From Polyangiaceae bacterium (lineage in GTDB: Bacteria > Myxococcota_A > Polyangia > Polyangiales > Polyangiaceae), in contig CBDCTZ010000012.1 in the NCBI GenBank assembly GCA_965222375.1, positions 288,001-352,000 on the forward strand: 64,000 nt of DNA. The letters are read 5' to 3'. The notes below the pieces were generated by a model that had not been told where the DNA came from, did not search any database, and saw only the letters and a list, made by a program, of their open reading frames with translations. Of the stretch, positions 48,305-58,378 are shown in pieces. Position 1 is the stretch's first letter; each line of letters begins with the position of its first letter. The position numbers and the translations under genes were made by a program.

Positions 48305-49230
48305 CGAACGTGGCAGCACTCTACGACGAGCCTCCCCAGTACCGTCACGTGACCGTGATGGCCGATGAGGTCTTGGCGGCCCTAGCGGTCGATCGCGGCG
48401 GCGTGTTCTTGGACGTGACAGCTGGGGGCGGCGGACACTCCCGCGCCATTCTAGAAGCGAGCGAATCCGCGCGAGTCATCGCCTTCGATCGCGATCCCGA
48501 CGCGATTGGCGCAACCCAAGCGCGCCTCAGCGAATTTGGCGCGCGGGCGCAGATCGTACGAGCGAGCTTTGACGCGATCGAGGCCTACCTGCGCCAGGCT
48601 GGAGTGGGCCCCGTCGCTGGGCTCATCGCCGATCTCGGCGTCAGTTCCCATCAGCTCGACGACCCGTCCCGGGGCATGAGCTTTCGGACCGAGGGCCCCT
48701 TGGACATGCGCATGGATCCGGACGGTGAGGAGACGGCCCAGGAACTGATTGAGCGGGTGAGCCAGGATGAGCTGGCGGATCTGATTTACACCTACGGTGA
48801 GGAGCGCCGCTCGCGCCGGGTGGCCCGCTGCATCAAGCAAGCCTCGGAGCGCGGCGAGCTCGAGACCACCCTGGATTTGCGGCGGGCGGTCGTGCGTGCC
48901 GTTGGCCCGCGCCGGGTGGGCGGCATCGATCCAGCCACCCGGACGTTTCAAGCGTTGAGGATCGCCGTGAACGGAGAACTCGACCAACTGAAAGAGCTGC
49001 TTGCCCTGGCGGAGCGGGTAGTGGCGCCCGGTGGCATCGCGACGTTCATCAGTTTTCATTCTTTGGAAGACCGCCTCGTCAAGCGCGCCTTGCGCCAGCG
49101 AAGCGTGTGGCGGGCGCTCACCAAGAAGCCGGTTGTCGCGTCCGCGGCTGAGCAGGCAGACAACCCGCGAGCCCGCAGCGCGAAACTGCGCGCTGCGGAG
49201 CGAGTCGAAGGCGAGGAGGCTGTGACGTGA
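48301..49230 (+). CDS. rsmH: 16S rRNA m4C1402 methyltransferase
   Basis: HVTVM, GGGGHS, DLGVSS, PLDMRMD, FQALRIAVN, SFHSLEDR; ATG 48301. Confidence 0.97.
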   Translation: MTNVAALYDEPPQYRHVTVMADEVLAALAVDRGGVFLDVTAGGGGHSRAILEASESARVIAFDRDPDAIGATQARLSEFGARAQIVRASFDAIEAYLRQAGVGPVAGLIADLGVSSHQLDDPSRGMSFRTEGPLDMRMDPDGEETAQELIERVSQDELADLIYTYGEERRSRRVARCIKQASERGELETTLDLRRAVVRAVGPRRVGGIDPATRTFQALRIAVNGELDQLKELLALAERVVAPGGIATFISFHSLEDRLVKRALRQRSVWRALTKKPVVASAAEQADNPRARSAKLRAAERVEGEEAVT

Positions 49231-49562
49231 AAGGCGGACGCCCCTTCCTGACGCTTTGGACGCTAGCGGTCATCGCCGCGTCCTCCGCTTTCGTTCTGTA
49301 CTTGGGCATGCGGGTGAAGACCGTAGAGCTCGGTTACGAGCTTGGGCGGTCTCACGCGCGAGTGGCTCGCCTGCGCGAGGTGAAGCGCGTGCTCGAACTC
49401 GAATTGTCCAGCCACAAGACGCCCGAGCGCGTGGATCTCGTTGCGCGCAGCCTGCTGGGAATGAGTGAGCCATCGCCGGACCGCATCATCTCCGCGGGAT
49501 TCAGTCCTGAAGTGAAGCCCGAAGAGGAAGAGCTGGATGCGCCGGCGGGGGCGCAGCCGTGA
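49227..49562 (+). CDS. ftsL: Cell division protein FtsL
   Basis: Position between rsmH and ftsI; TM helix plus coiled coil; PERVDLVARSLLGM. Confidence 0.85.
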   Translation: MKGGRPFLTLWTLAVIAASSAFVLYLGMRVKTVELGYELGRSHARVARLREVKRVLELELSSHKTPERVDLVARSLLGMSEPSPDRIISAGFSPEVKPEEEELDAPAGAQP

Positions 49563-51637
49563 GAAGCCTCGACACCCCGCGGGGGCGTTACATCCGAATG
49601 CGCATGGGGCTGCTATGCGGCCTATTGGCGTTCGGCTTGGGGCTCGTACTGTCGGCGGCCTATGACTTGATGATCGCCGAAGGTTCGGCCTGGCGAGAGT
49701 TGGCGGAGAAACAACGTCAGCGCCGACTGCACGTGGCCCCGAAACGAGGCACGATCTACGATCGCAACGGCAGCGCCTTGGCAGTTAGCGTCGAAGTTCC
49801 GAGTGTCTCTCTGGATGCCGTCGAACTGCTCCGCGGAGTACCGCCTCAGAAGATCCCGGTGGTGGCTCGAGATGGCGCCAACCGAATCGCGGCAGCTCTG
49901 GGCCTGGATCCCGCGTTGGTGGAGCGGAAGATCTTGGCCAAGCGCCGGTTCTCCTGGCTGAAGCGCCGCATCACCAGTCAAGAAGCAGAGGCGATACGCA
50001 AGCTGTCTTCGCGCAAGGAGTCCGGCAAGAATCGAGTGCGAGGGTTGATTGTCGAAGGGGAGGGCAAGCGCTACCACCCCCGTCGCGCACTGGCTGGCCC
50101 ATTGCTCGGCTTTGTGGCGCCGGATGGCGAGGGCAAAGACGGCTTCGAATTGAGTATGAATCGCGAGCTCAAAGGACACGTGGAACAGCTGCGTGGGCTA
50201 CGAGACCGTTCGGGGCGCCTGATCTTCTCCGACGGCATTCACGACGAGCAAGCGCTGGCCGGGCACAACCTCTACTTGAGCATCGATCAGGGCATTCAGT
50301 ACACCGCAGAGCGGGAGTTGGCGAACGCCGCACGCACCTTCGAGGCGCAGGGTGGATCCGTCATCGTGGTCGACCCCTACACCGGTGAGGTCCTCGCAAT
50401 GGCGAGTTGGCCTGGCTACAACCCGAACGACTACGGCGAAAGCGAGCCGGCTTCACGACGCACCCGTGGCCTGACTGACGCCTTCGAGCCAGGTTCGACG
50501 ATGAAGATCTTCACCATCGCGGCCGGGTTGAGCGCTGGGGTGATCACGCCGACCCAGAAGCTCTTCTGCGAGAAGGGGCTGATGGCCGTCGACAACGTGA
50601 CCATTCGCGACACGCACCCCGCGGGTTGGCTGACGGTCTCGCAGGTGTTGGCCGTTTCCTCTAATATTTGTGCGGCCAAGATCGGGCTGAGCGCTGGCGG
50701 CAACAAGTTGTACGACTCCCTGTTGCGCTTCGGGTTTGGGCAGCGGTCCGGCGTGCCTTTGCCCGGTGAGGCCAGCGGGACCCTACGACCTCGGGGGCGG
50801 CCTTGGGTGCAGGTGGAAACCGCCGCAGCGTCCTTCGGTCAGGGCATCAGCGTGACCAATCTGCAGTTGGCGATGGCGACTGCGTCGTTGGCGAACGGTG
50901 GGCGCTTGTTGGAGCCCATCATCGTGAAGCGCGTCACGACGGCGACGGGTGAGCTGGTCCGCGAAGCGGCTCCTCGAGTCCGACGCCGAGTCGTGCCGCG
51001 CCGCGTAGCTGCCACGCTGGCTGAGATGATGGTGGCGGTCACCGAGGGTGAAGGCACCGGGCTCGAGGCTGCTATCGACGGCTACCAAGTAGCCGGCAAG
51101 ACCGCGACCGCGCAGAAGATCGACCCCACCACGGGTCGCTATTCGCTCGACAAGTACGTGGGCTCCTTCGTGGGCTTCGTGCCGGCCAAGAAGCCCGTCG
51201 TGGCAATTGCGGTGATGTTGGACGAGCCCATGGTCGAACATGCTGGCGGCGCTGTCGCAGCCCCGATCTTTCGCAACGTGGCGCGCATGGCCCTCAAGTA
51301 CAAGGGCTTGACGCCGAAGGGCACGGATCGGGTGGATGTTGCATCCCTGGGCAGCAAACCGGATCCGGCGCATGCAGCCTACGAAGTGCTGCGTGCGGCC
51401 AAGGGCGCGAAACCTCCGGTTCAGGTCGCGTTGCCAAAAGCGCGGCTGCGTGCGGGTAGTGTGCGAGTCCCGGACATGACTGGGTGGCCAGTTCGAGAAG
51501 CGGTTCGCCGTGCTGCCGAACTGGGTCTGTCGGCGAAGGTCGTGGGCAGCGGTCTGCTCTCCAAGCAAACGCCACAGCCCAATGGCGTCGTCAAGAAGGG
51601 TGGCAGCGTAGTTCTGGTCTTCGAGCCTGCCACATGA
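49559..51637 (+). CDS. ftsI: Peptidoglycan transpeptidase FtsI (PBP3) with C-terminal PASTA domain
   Basis: RGTIYDRNG, EPGSTMK, SSN, KTAT, VPDMTGWPVREA. Confidence 0.95.
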   Translation: MRSLDTPRGRYIRMRMGLLCGLLAFGLGLVLSAAYDLMIAEGSAWRELAEKQRQRRLHVAPKRGTIYDRNGSALAVSVEVPSVSLDAVELLRGVPPQKIPVVARDGANRIAAALGLDPALVERKILAKRRFSWLKRRITSQEAEAIRKLSSRKESGKNRVRGLIVEGEGKRYHPRRALAGPLLGFVAPDGEGKDGFELSMNRELKGHVEQLRGLRDRSGRLIFSDGIHDEQALAGHNLYLSIDQGIQYTAERELANAARTFEAQGGSVIVVDPYTGEVLAMASWPGYNPNDYGESEPASRRTRGLTDAFEPGSTMKIFTIAAGLSAGVITPTQKLFCEKGLMAVDNVTIRDTHPAGWLTVSQVLAVSSNICAAKIGLSAGGNKLYDSLLRFGFGQRSGVPLPGEASGTLRPRGRPWVQVETAAASFGQGISVTNLQLAMATASLANGGRLLEPIIVKRVTTATGELVREAAPRVRRRVVPRRVAATLAEMMVAVTEGEGTGLEAAIDGYQVAGKTATAQKIDPTTGRYSLDKYVGSFVGFVPAKKPVVAIAVMLDEPMVEHAGGAVAAPIFRNVARMALKYKGLTPKGTDRVDVASLGSKPDPAHAAYEVLRAAKGAKPPVQVALPKARLRAGSVRVPDMTGWPVREAVRRAAELGLSAKVVGSGLLSKQTPQPNGVVKKGGSVVLVFEPAT

Positions 51638-53154
51638 AGCTTGCCATGACCGACCTGTCGAAGCGCGCCCGCGGAGCCAGCCTGGCTGAGCTAACGCGGG
51701 CGCTTGCGCACCTAGGTGCGCGCCTCACGGGGTCTGGCGAGGCGCGGGTTTTCGACGTGCACCACGATTCGAGACGCGTAGAGCCCGGCGATGTATTCGT
51801 CGCTCGCTCGGGTGGTTCCAGGGATGGTGCGCGCTTCATTGCGGACGCTGTCGCTGCGGGCGCGGGAGCCGTCATCCACGAGCCGAGCGGCGGCGTGCCA
51901 TCTGGCGACGTCCCGCTGATCGAAGTTAGCGACGCCCGTCTGGCCCTAGCCTTCGCCTCCGAACTCGTGCACGGCCACCCATCGAAGCAGCTCGGCGTCG
52001 TCGGTATCACCGGGACCAATGGCAAGACGACCTGTTCATATCTGACCGCCCACGTTCTGGGTGCCGCTGGAGCTCGTGCCGCGCGCATGGGCACTCTCGG
52101 CTTTGCCTTCGAGGCTGAGGAGATCTCGTCGCCCCTGACCACCCCCGAGGCTGACGCCATCAGTCGCTACGCCGCGCGAGTGCGCGATGCCGGCGCGACG
52201 CATCTCGTCATGGAGGCCTCCAGCCACGCGCTGGCTCTCGGGCGGGTCGCCGCGATTCAATTCGAAGTAGCAGCGTTCACGAACTTGACCCAGGACCACC
52301 TGGATTTTCACGAGTCGATGGAAGCGTATGCAGAGACGAAGCGCCGACTGTTCACGGAGCTGGAGCCTCGCCACAGTGTCGTGAACATCGACGACGCCTT
52401 TGGTGCGACGTTGGCGGAGCTGTCCCACGCGGACCTGATTCGAGTGGGCATGACAACCAACGCAGACGTGCATCCGATTGCGGTGACCCAGGACGTGCGT
52501 GGGCTGCGCGGCACTCTGAGCGTGGCCGGGACGCGGGTGGAGATCGCGACCCGATTGATCGGAGACCACAACCTGCAGAACGTATTGGTGGCGTTGGGTG
52601 TGGCCAAGGCGCTGGGTCTCGACGTTCAGTCAGCCGCCGCGGGCCTTTCGGACGCGCCCGTGGCGCCGGGGCGCTTGGAGAGGTGCGACGCACCCGAAGA
52701 CGACATCTGTGTCCTCGTGGACTACGCCCACACCCCGGACGCGCTCCGTCGCGCCTTGGCGGCAGTTCGACCCATGACTTCCGGCGACCTTTGGTGTGTT
52801 TTCGGTTGTGGGGGTGACCGGGACCCTTTGAAGCGACCGCAGATGGGCGAGGCAGTTGGTCGCGCGGCGGATCGCGCCGTCATCAGCAATGACAACCCGC
52901 GCTCCGAGGCGCCCGAGAAGATCGCTGACGCCATTTCCGCTGGGCTGCGCCCACATCTGGACGCCTTCGAGGTGATCTTGGACCGACGCGCGGCCATCGA
53001 GCACGCCGTGACCCAAGCGGCGGCGGGTTCGGTAGTGCTGATCGCGGGCAAAGGGCACGAGACGACCCAAACCATCGGCGAGAGAAAACTACCCTTCGAT
53101 GATCGCGCCGAAGCGCGGCGTGCGCTGTCCCTTCGCCGCGGGGAGGCGCAGTAG
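51634..53154 (+). CDS. murE: UDP-MurNAc-tripeptide synthetase (meso-DAP type)
   Basis: GITGTNGKTT, MEASSH, DHLDFH, DYAHTPD, DNPR, AGKGHE. Confidence 0.96.
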   Translation: MKLAMTDLSKRARGASLAELTRALAHLGARLTGSGEARVFDVHHDSRRVEPGDVFVARSGGSRDGARFIADAVAAGAGAVIHEPSGGVPSGDVPLIEVSDARLALAFASELVHGHPSKQLGVVGITGTNGKTTCSYLTAHVLGAAGARAARMGTLGFAFEAEEISSPLTTPEADAISRYAARVRDAGATHLVMEASSHALALGRVAAIQFEVAAFTNLTQDHLDFHESMEAYAETKRRLFTELEPRHSVVNIDDAFGATLAELSHADLIRVGMTTNADVHPIAVTQDVRGLRGTLSVAGTRVEIATRLIGDHNLQNVLVALGVAKALGLDVQSAAAGLSDAPVAPGRLERCDAPEDDICVLVDYAHTPDALRRALAAVRPMTSGDLWCVFGCGGDRDPLKRPQMGEAVGRAADRAVISNDNPRSEAPEKIADAISAGLRPHLDAFEVILDRRAAIEHAVTQAAAGSVVLIAGKGHETTQTIGERKLPFDDRAEARRALSLRRGEAQ

Positions 53155-53158
53155 CCCG

Positions 53159-54598
53159 GTGTCGACGCCCATTCCCGAAAACGCTGCCGCGCTCTCAATC
53201 GCCGAGATCGTGAAACTCTGCGGTGGGGAGTTGTTGCAGGCTGGCGACAAAGCCGATGTGCGCGGAGTCTTCACGGATACTCGCCAGGGCGCCAGCGGTA
53301 AGCTCTTCGTCGCGCTGCGCGGTGAGCGCTTCGACGGGCATGCCTTCCTGGACCAAGCCGCCGACGGCGGCACGAGCGCAATGCTGGTGGAACGGGAGGT
53401 TGCGCCGCAAGAGGGCGTGGCGGTGATTCGGGTGGCTAGCACCCTCGACGCGCTGGGCGCTCTAGCCAACGCGCATCGCCGCCGATGGGGCGGCAAGGTG
53501 GTGGTCGTCGCCGGTTCTGCGGGCAAGACGACCACGAAGGCCACCATCGCAGCGGCGCTACGCGGGACTTGGCCCGACAGCGTGCACGTGACCGCTGGCA
53601 ATCTGAATAACCGGGTCGGTGTGCCCATGGTGCTGCTTGCGCTGACCGAAGCGCACCGAGTTGCAGTCGTCGAGATCGGCACGAATCAACCCGGTGAGGT
53701 CGAGGCGCTGAGCAAGATCGCGGAGCCGGACTTGGCGGTGTTGACCCTGGTTGCCATCGAGCACAGCGAAGGCCTGGGGGACCTGGATGCGATCGAGCGT
53801 GAGGAGGCAGCGGTCTTCGCCGGGCTGTCGGCTAAGGGCGTGATCGTGGCCAACCGAGACGACCCCCGCGCTTGGCGCAGCGCGCTTGCCGCAACCGCCG
53901 CTACTCGCATCGGCTACGGCGTAGATGCGGACGCCAGCTATCGCGTGAGTGCTCGCGAGAGCATCGGAACGGCCCAGAGTCGTCTCGAGATTGCGCGGCC
54001 GGCAGGCGGAAACGCAGAACTCACAGTGCCCTTGCTCGGCGCGCCGGCCGCCCTGGCCGTCGCGGCGGCCGTGGCAGTAGCCGACACCCTGGCCGCCACT
54101 CCGGTGCCCGGGTCTGTGCTGCAAGCCGGTTTGGGGTCCGCGGAAGTGCTGGAGGCCGGGCGCATGCAACCCGTCGAGCAGAGCGACGGTACGCTGCTTC
54201 TGGACGACAGCTACAACGCCAATCCTGCCAGCGTCATCGCTGCGTTGCAGACTGCCCAGGAGCTCAGCTCAGCTCGAGCTGCCGAGTTGGTCCTCGTCTT
54301 GGGTGAGATGCGCGAGCTCGGGGCCCTGAGCGAACGGGAGCACAAGCAGATCGGGGAGGTCGTCGCGACGACCGGCGCGCGCGCGTTGGTCGCGATCGGG
54401 GGTGACGCCAAGCACCTCGTGGAACCTGCCCGCGCCGCGGGCATCGACGCGGTCTTCGTCGAAACTAGCGAAGCCGCTGTCGCCTGTGTTCGCGAGCGAC
54501 TAGCGCCGGGCTCGGTCGTGCTGGTCAAGGCATCCCGAGGTGTTGGCGCCGATGCAGTGGTTACCGCCCTGCGAAACGGCAATGGGAGGGCAGCGTGA
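53159..54598 (+). CDS. murF: UDP-MurNAc-pentapeptide synthetase
   Basis: GERFDGH, GSAGKTTTK, NLNNRVG, DDSYNANP, VKASRG; GTG 53159. Confidence 0.95.
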   Translation: MSTPIPENAAALSIAEIVKLCGGELLQAGDKADVRGVFTDTRQGASGKLFVALRGERFDGHAFLDQAADGGTSAMLVEREVAPQEGVAVIRVASTLDALGALANAHRRRWGGKVVVVAGSAGKTTTKATIAAALRGTWPDSVHVTAGNLNNRVGVPMVLLALTEAHRVAVVEIGTNQPGEVEALSKIAEPDLAVLTLVAIEHSEGLGDLDAIEREEAAVFAGLSAKGVIVANRDDPRAWRSALAATAATRIGYGVDADASYRVSARESIGTAQSRLEIARPAGGNAELTVPLLGAPAALAVAAAVAVADTLAATPVPGSVLQAGLGSAEVLEAGRMQPVEQSDGTLLLDDSYNANPASVIAALQTAQELSSARAAELVLVLGEMRELGALSEREHKQIGEVVATTGARALVAIGGDAKHLVEPARAAGIDAVFVETSEAAVACVRERLAPGSVVLVKASRGVGADAVVTALRNGNGRAA

Positions 54599-55725
54599 TC
54601 TACGAATTGCTCTATCCTCTCTCCACCAAATTCGGCTGGGCTGGCGCCCTGAACGTGCTCCGGTACACGCCCTTCCGCGCGATCATGGCGACGCTGACGG
54701 CGATGGCGATGTGCTTCGTGCTCGCGCCCTGGTTCATCCGCACCCTGCAAACGAAACAGATCGGGCAGGTTGTGCGTGATGAAGGGCCCGAGTCCCACAA
54801 GATCAAGGCGGGCACGCCCACCATGGGCGGTGCGCTGATTCTGCTCGCGGTGCTAGTGCCCACTGCGCTGTGGGCGGACGTGCAGAACGTTTTCGTGATC
54901 GCAACCGCAGCGGTGACGGCTGGCTACGGCTTCATCGGCTATTTGGATGATCGCCTGAAGATACAGGGCGCCAACAGCCGGGGCTTGTCCGGGCGCTACA
55001 AACTCGTGGGCCAATTTGCGATTGGCGGCGCAGCCGTTGGCTATCTATTCCTGGCACCAAAGGGGTTGCCGCAGGGCTGGCTCGACATGCGCATGCGCCT
55101 CTCGGTGCCTTTCGTTGCCTTCGACAAGCATCCTATCGAGCTCCCGGTCTGGGGCTACGTGGTCTTCGCGTTGCTGGTCGTCGTAGCGACCAGCAACGCC
55201 GTGAACCTCACGGACGGGCTGGATGGATTAGCGATCGGCCCGGTAATGATCAACGCCGGAGCCTACATGGTCTGGGCCTACATTGCCGGCTCCGTGCTGT
55301 TCGGAAAGCCCCTTGCTGGCTACTTGAACATCGCGGGCATCCCAGAGATGACCGAGCTGAGCATCTTCTGCGCGGCGGTGATCGGTGCCGGTATCGGTTT
55401 CCTTTGGTACAACACTTACCCGGCCCAAGTGTTCATGGGCGACGTGGGTTCGCTGTCCCTGGGCGGTGGGCTGGGCATGGTTGCCGTCCTCACCAAGAAT
55501 GAGCTTCTCAGCGTCTTGCTCGGTGGCGTGTTCGTACTGGAGGCAGCCAGCGTGATCACGCAAGTGGTCAGCTTCAAGCTTTTCGGTCGGCGCGTCTTCT
55601 TGATGGCTCCGATTCACCACCACTTCGAGAAGAAGGGATGGCCTGAGCCTCGCATCATCGTGCGGTTCTGGATCATCTCCATTCTCTTGGCCCTCGTGGC
55701 GCTTTCGTCGCTCAAGCTTCGGTGA
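54595..55725 (+). CDS. mraY: Phospho-MurNAc-pentapeptide transferase
   Basis: KAGTPTMGG, NAVNLTDGLDGL, FMGDVGS, MAPIHHHFE. Confidence 0.98.
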   Translation: MIYELLYPLSTKFGWAGALNVLRYTPFRAIMATLTAMAMCFVLAPWFIRTLQTKQIGQVVRDEGPESHKIKAGTPTMGGALILLAVLVPTALWADVQNVFVIATAAVTAGYGFIGYLDDRLKIQGANSRGLSGRYKLVGQFAIGGAAVGYLFLAPKGLPQGWLDMRMRLSVPFVAFDKHPIELPVWGYVVFALLVVVATSNAVNLTDGLDGLAIGPVMINAGAYMVWAYIAGSVLFGKPLAGYLNIAGIPEMTELSIFCAAVIGAGIGFLWYNTYPAQVFMGDVGSLSLGGGLGMVAVLTKNELLSVLLGGVFVLEAASVITQVVSFKLFGRRVFLMAPIHHHFEKKGWPEPRIIVRFWIISILLALVALSSLKLR

Positions 55726-57068
55726 CCCAAATGGAGCTAGAGAATCAAAAAGTCGTCGTGGTGGGCCTAGGCAAGAGCGGTTTGGCTGCCGCCAAGCTCT
55801 GCCAGAGTCGTGGTGCCCACGTGATCGGCGCGGATAGCGCGGCGGTCGCCGAATTGCCCCAGGCGGTTCGGGATTCGGGCATCGAGTTGCAGCTTGGCGA
55901 GCACGATCCCAAAACGCTACAAACTGCTGATTTGATTGTGGTTTCTCCGGGAGTGCCGGCGCTGCCCTGCCTCTCGGAGGCGGCTGCAGCCGGCGTGGAG
56001 GTGATCGGTGAGCTGGAGTTGGCCAGCCGGTTCGTGGCTGCCCCCGTGTTGGCTGTGGGTGGCACCAACGGCAAGAGTACGGCGACGAGCCTGCTCGCAG
56101 CGCTGCTCGAGTCCGCAGGCCTGTCGGTGTTCGCCGGCGCGAACTTGGGGCGCCCCGCCGCAGAAGCCGTCGACACGAGCTTCGACGTCGTTGTCTGGGA
56201 GGTGTCCAGCTTCCAGATGGAACGGGTACCGACGTTTCGGCCCAAGATCGGCGTTTTGCTCAACGTGAGTGAAGACCACCTGGACCGATACCCGAGCTTC
56301 GAGGCCTACGCCACGGCAAAGGGCAACGCATTCGTCAACCAAAAGCATGGAGACGTGGCCGTCATTCCCGCTGGCGATTCTGTGTGTCGTGCCCAAGCAG
56401 AGCGGGGCGCGGGGACAGTCGTGACCTTTGGTGCGGGCGCGGACTACGCCGTGGAGGAAGACACCGTGGTCGAGACCGCGAGTGGAGAGACTTTTTCGCT
56501 GCGGGACGCGCGGCTGTTCGGCCGCCACAACTACGAGAATGCCGCCGCGGCAATCGCCGCAGCCCGCGCTTTCGGGGTCGAGCCCGCGGCAATCCGTGGA
56601 GGCATCGCCGCCTTTGTTCCTCTGCCCCATCGCATGACGCGGGTTGGCGTGGTTCGAGGGGTAAGCTTCTACGACGACTCCAAGGCGACGAACGTGGGTG
56701 CGGCGGTCACGGCGCTGACGGGGCTTGATGAACCTCGAGCCGTGCTGATTGCCGGTGGGCGGGACAAGCACGGCTCCTATGGGCCCTTGGCTGCCGCGCT
56801 GCAGGAAAAGGCACGCGCCGTCGTTGTGTTGGGGGAGGCCGCGGATCGAATAGCCGACGCCGTGACTGGAAGAGTCATGCTCGAGCGGGCGACAGACATG
56901 GCTGGTGCCGTGAAGATCGCTTTCGGGTTGGCAGAGCCGGGCGATGCAGTGCTGCTGTCTCCGGCCTGCTCCAGTTTCGACATGTTCACGTCCTACGCGG
57001 CGCGGGGGGAAGCCTTCCAACGCGCCGTCGACGGGCTTGCGTCATCGGATAGTGAGGTCAGAGCATGA
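55722..57068 (+). CDS. murD: UDP-MurNAc-L-Ala-D-Glu ligase
   Basis: GLGKSG, GTNGKST, EVSSFQ, DHLDRY, DDSKATN, SPACSSFDMF. Confidence 0.97.
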   Translation: MTQMELENQKVVVVGLGKSGLAAAKLCQSRGAHVIGADSAAVAELPQAVRDSGIELQLGEHDPKTLQTADLIVVSPGVPALPCLSEAAAAGVEVIGELELASRFVAAPVLAVGGTNGKSTATSLLAALLESAGLSVFAGANLGRPAAEAVDTSFDVVVWEVSSFQMERVPTFRPKIGVLLNVSEDHLDRYPSFEAYATAKGNAFVNQKHGDVAVIPAGDSVCRAQAERGAGTVVTFGAGADYAVEEDTVVETASGETFSLRDARLFGRHNYENAAAAIAAARAFGVEPAAIRGGIAAFVPLPHRMTRVGVVRGVSFYDDSKATNVGAAVTALTGLDEPRAVLIAGGRDKHGSYGPLAAALQEKARAVVVLGEAADRIADAVTGRVMLERATDMAGAVKIAFGLAEPGDAVLLSPACSSFDMFTSYAARGEAFQRAVDGLASSDSEVRA

Positions 57069-58378
57069 AGCGAGTTGCAGACTTTCTGCGCGTCACCACT
57101 CGCCAGGGGCCGGTCGATCCCGTGCTGGCCGCCCTCGCGATCGCGCTGGTGGGTTGTGGTGTGGTCATGGTCTACAGCGCCAGCGTGATCGAGGCGACCG
57201 CGGTGTTTCGGGATTCTCAACACTTCCTCAAGCGCCAAGCGGTATATGCCTTGGCTGGGCTGCTGGTCATGTACCTGGTCAGCCGTATCGACTATCACAA
57301 GCTGCGACCCCTGACGTATCCGGTGCTCGGCGGGGTGGTGTTGCTGTTGGTGCTGTCCGTGATCGGATTCGGACACACGGGTGGTGGTGCGGCGCGCTGG
57401 TTGCGGCTTGGGCCGATCCACGTGCAGCCCTCCGAGGCCGCCAAGCTCGCTCTCGTGCTGTGGCTGGCGTACTCTTTGGAAAAGAAGAAGGAAAAGGTGA
57501 AGTCCTTTTCCATCGGCATGCTGCCGCATCTGATCACAGCCGGCGCCCTGATGTTGCTGTGCTTGAAGCAGCCCGACTTCGGCGGCGCTGTTGTCCTCTT
57601 GTTCCTGACGTTCACGCTGCTCTTCGTCGCGGGTGCGCGGCTCGGTTATCTGCTGGGCGTGGCGATGGTCGGTGCGGTGGCCGCAGCGTGGTTGGTGCGA
57701 TTCACTAGCTACCGCTGGGAACGCATGCTCGCCTGGTTCAACATGTCAGAGCATCGCCAGGACTTGGCCTATCAGCCGTTCCAGTCCGTGATGAGTTTCG
57801 GCAGCGGCGAGCTGACGGGAATGGGTTTGGGCAAGGGGCTGCAGGTCCTATACTTGCCCGAAGCGCATACGGATTTCATTTCCGCCATCGTGGGAGAGGA
57901 ACTCGGGTTCATCGGCGTGCTGGGACTGATCAGCGTGTACCTGGTGATCGTCGCGCGAGGTGTCCGGGCTGCCCTGGCAGCTGAGGACGACTATGGCTCC
58001 TACATTGCTTTCGGGATTGCTGTTCTGTTTGGTGCTCAGGCGCTGGTGAACCTCTCCGTGGCGATGGCGATGCTGCCGACGAAGGGCCTGACGCTGCCTT
58101 TCGTCAGTTACGGCGGGTCGTCTCTGTTGGTGAACTGCGCTGCCATGGGGATTTTGTTGAACATCTCACGCCCGCGGTTGGGGCCGGCAAACGTCCGGGT
58201 GGATGACGCTGTGGTCGACGCTGAAGCGAGCGCCACGGTCGTGAGCGAAGCCGAGTTTTCCGGCGGCAAGAAGAAGAAGGCGAAGAAACCCGCCGGCCGC
58301 GCGGCCCCCAAGCCCTCCAAGGGGGCCTCCCCAAAGCCGCGGAAGAAGCGTGGCCGCCCTGTGGAGGCGCCGGCATGA
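57065..58378 (+). CDS. ftsW: SEDS peptidoglycan polymerase FtsW
   Basis: QPSEAAK, QPDFG, LPEAHTDF, EELG, LPFVSYGGSS. Confidence 0.97.
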   Translation: MKRVADFLRVTTRQGPVDPVLAALAIALVGCGVVMVYSASVIEATAVFRDSQHFLKRQAVYALAGLLVMYLVSRIDYHKLRPLTYPVLGGVVLLLVLSVIGFGHTGGGAARWLRLGPIHVQPSEAAKLALVLWLAYSLEKKKEKVKSFSIGMLPHLITAGALMLLCLKQPDFGGAVVLLFLTFTLLFVAGARLGYLLGVAMVGAVAAAWLVRFTSYRWERMLAWFNMSEHRQDLAYQPFQSVMSFGSGELTGMGLGKGLQVLYLPEAHTDFISAIVGEELGFIGVLGLISVYLVIVARGVRAALAAEDDYGSYIAFGIAVLFGAQALVNLSVAMAMLPTKGLTLPFVSYGGSSLLVNCAAMGILLNISRPRLGPANVRVDDAVVDAEASATVVSEAEFSGGKKKKAKKPAGRAAPKPSKGASPKPRKKRGRPVEAPA

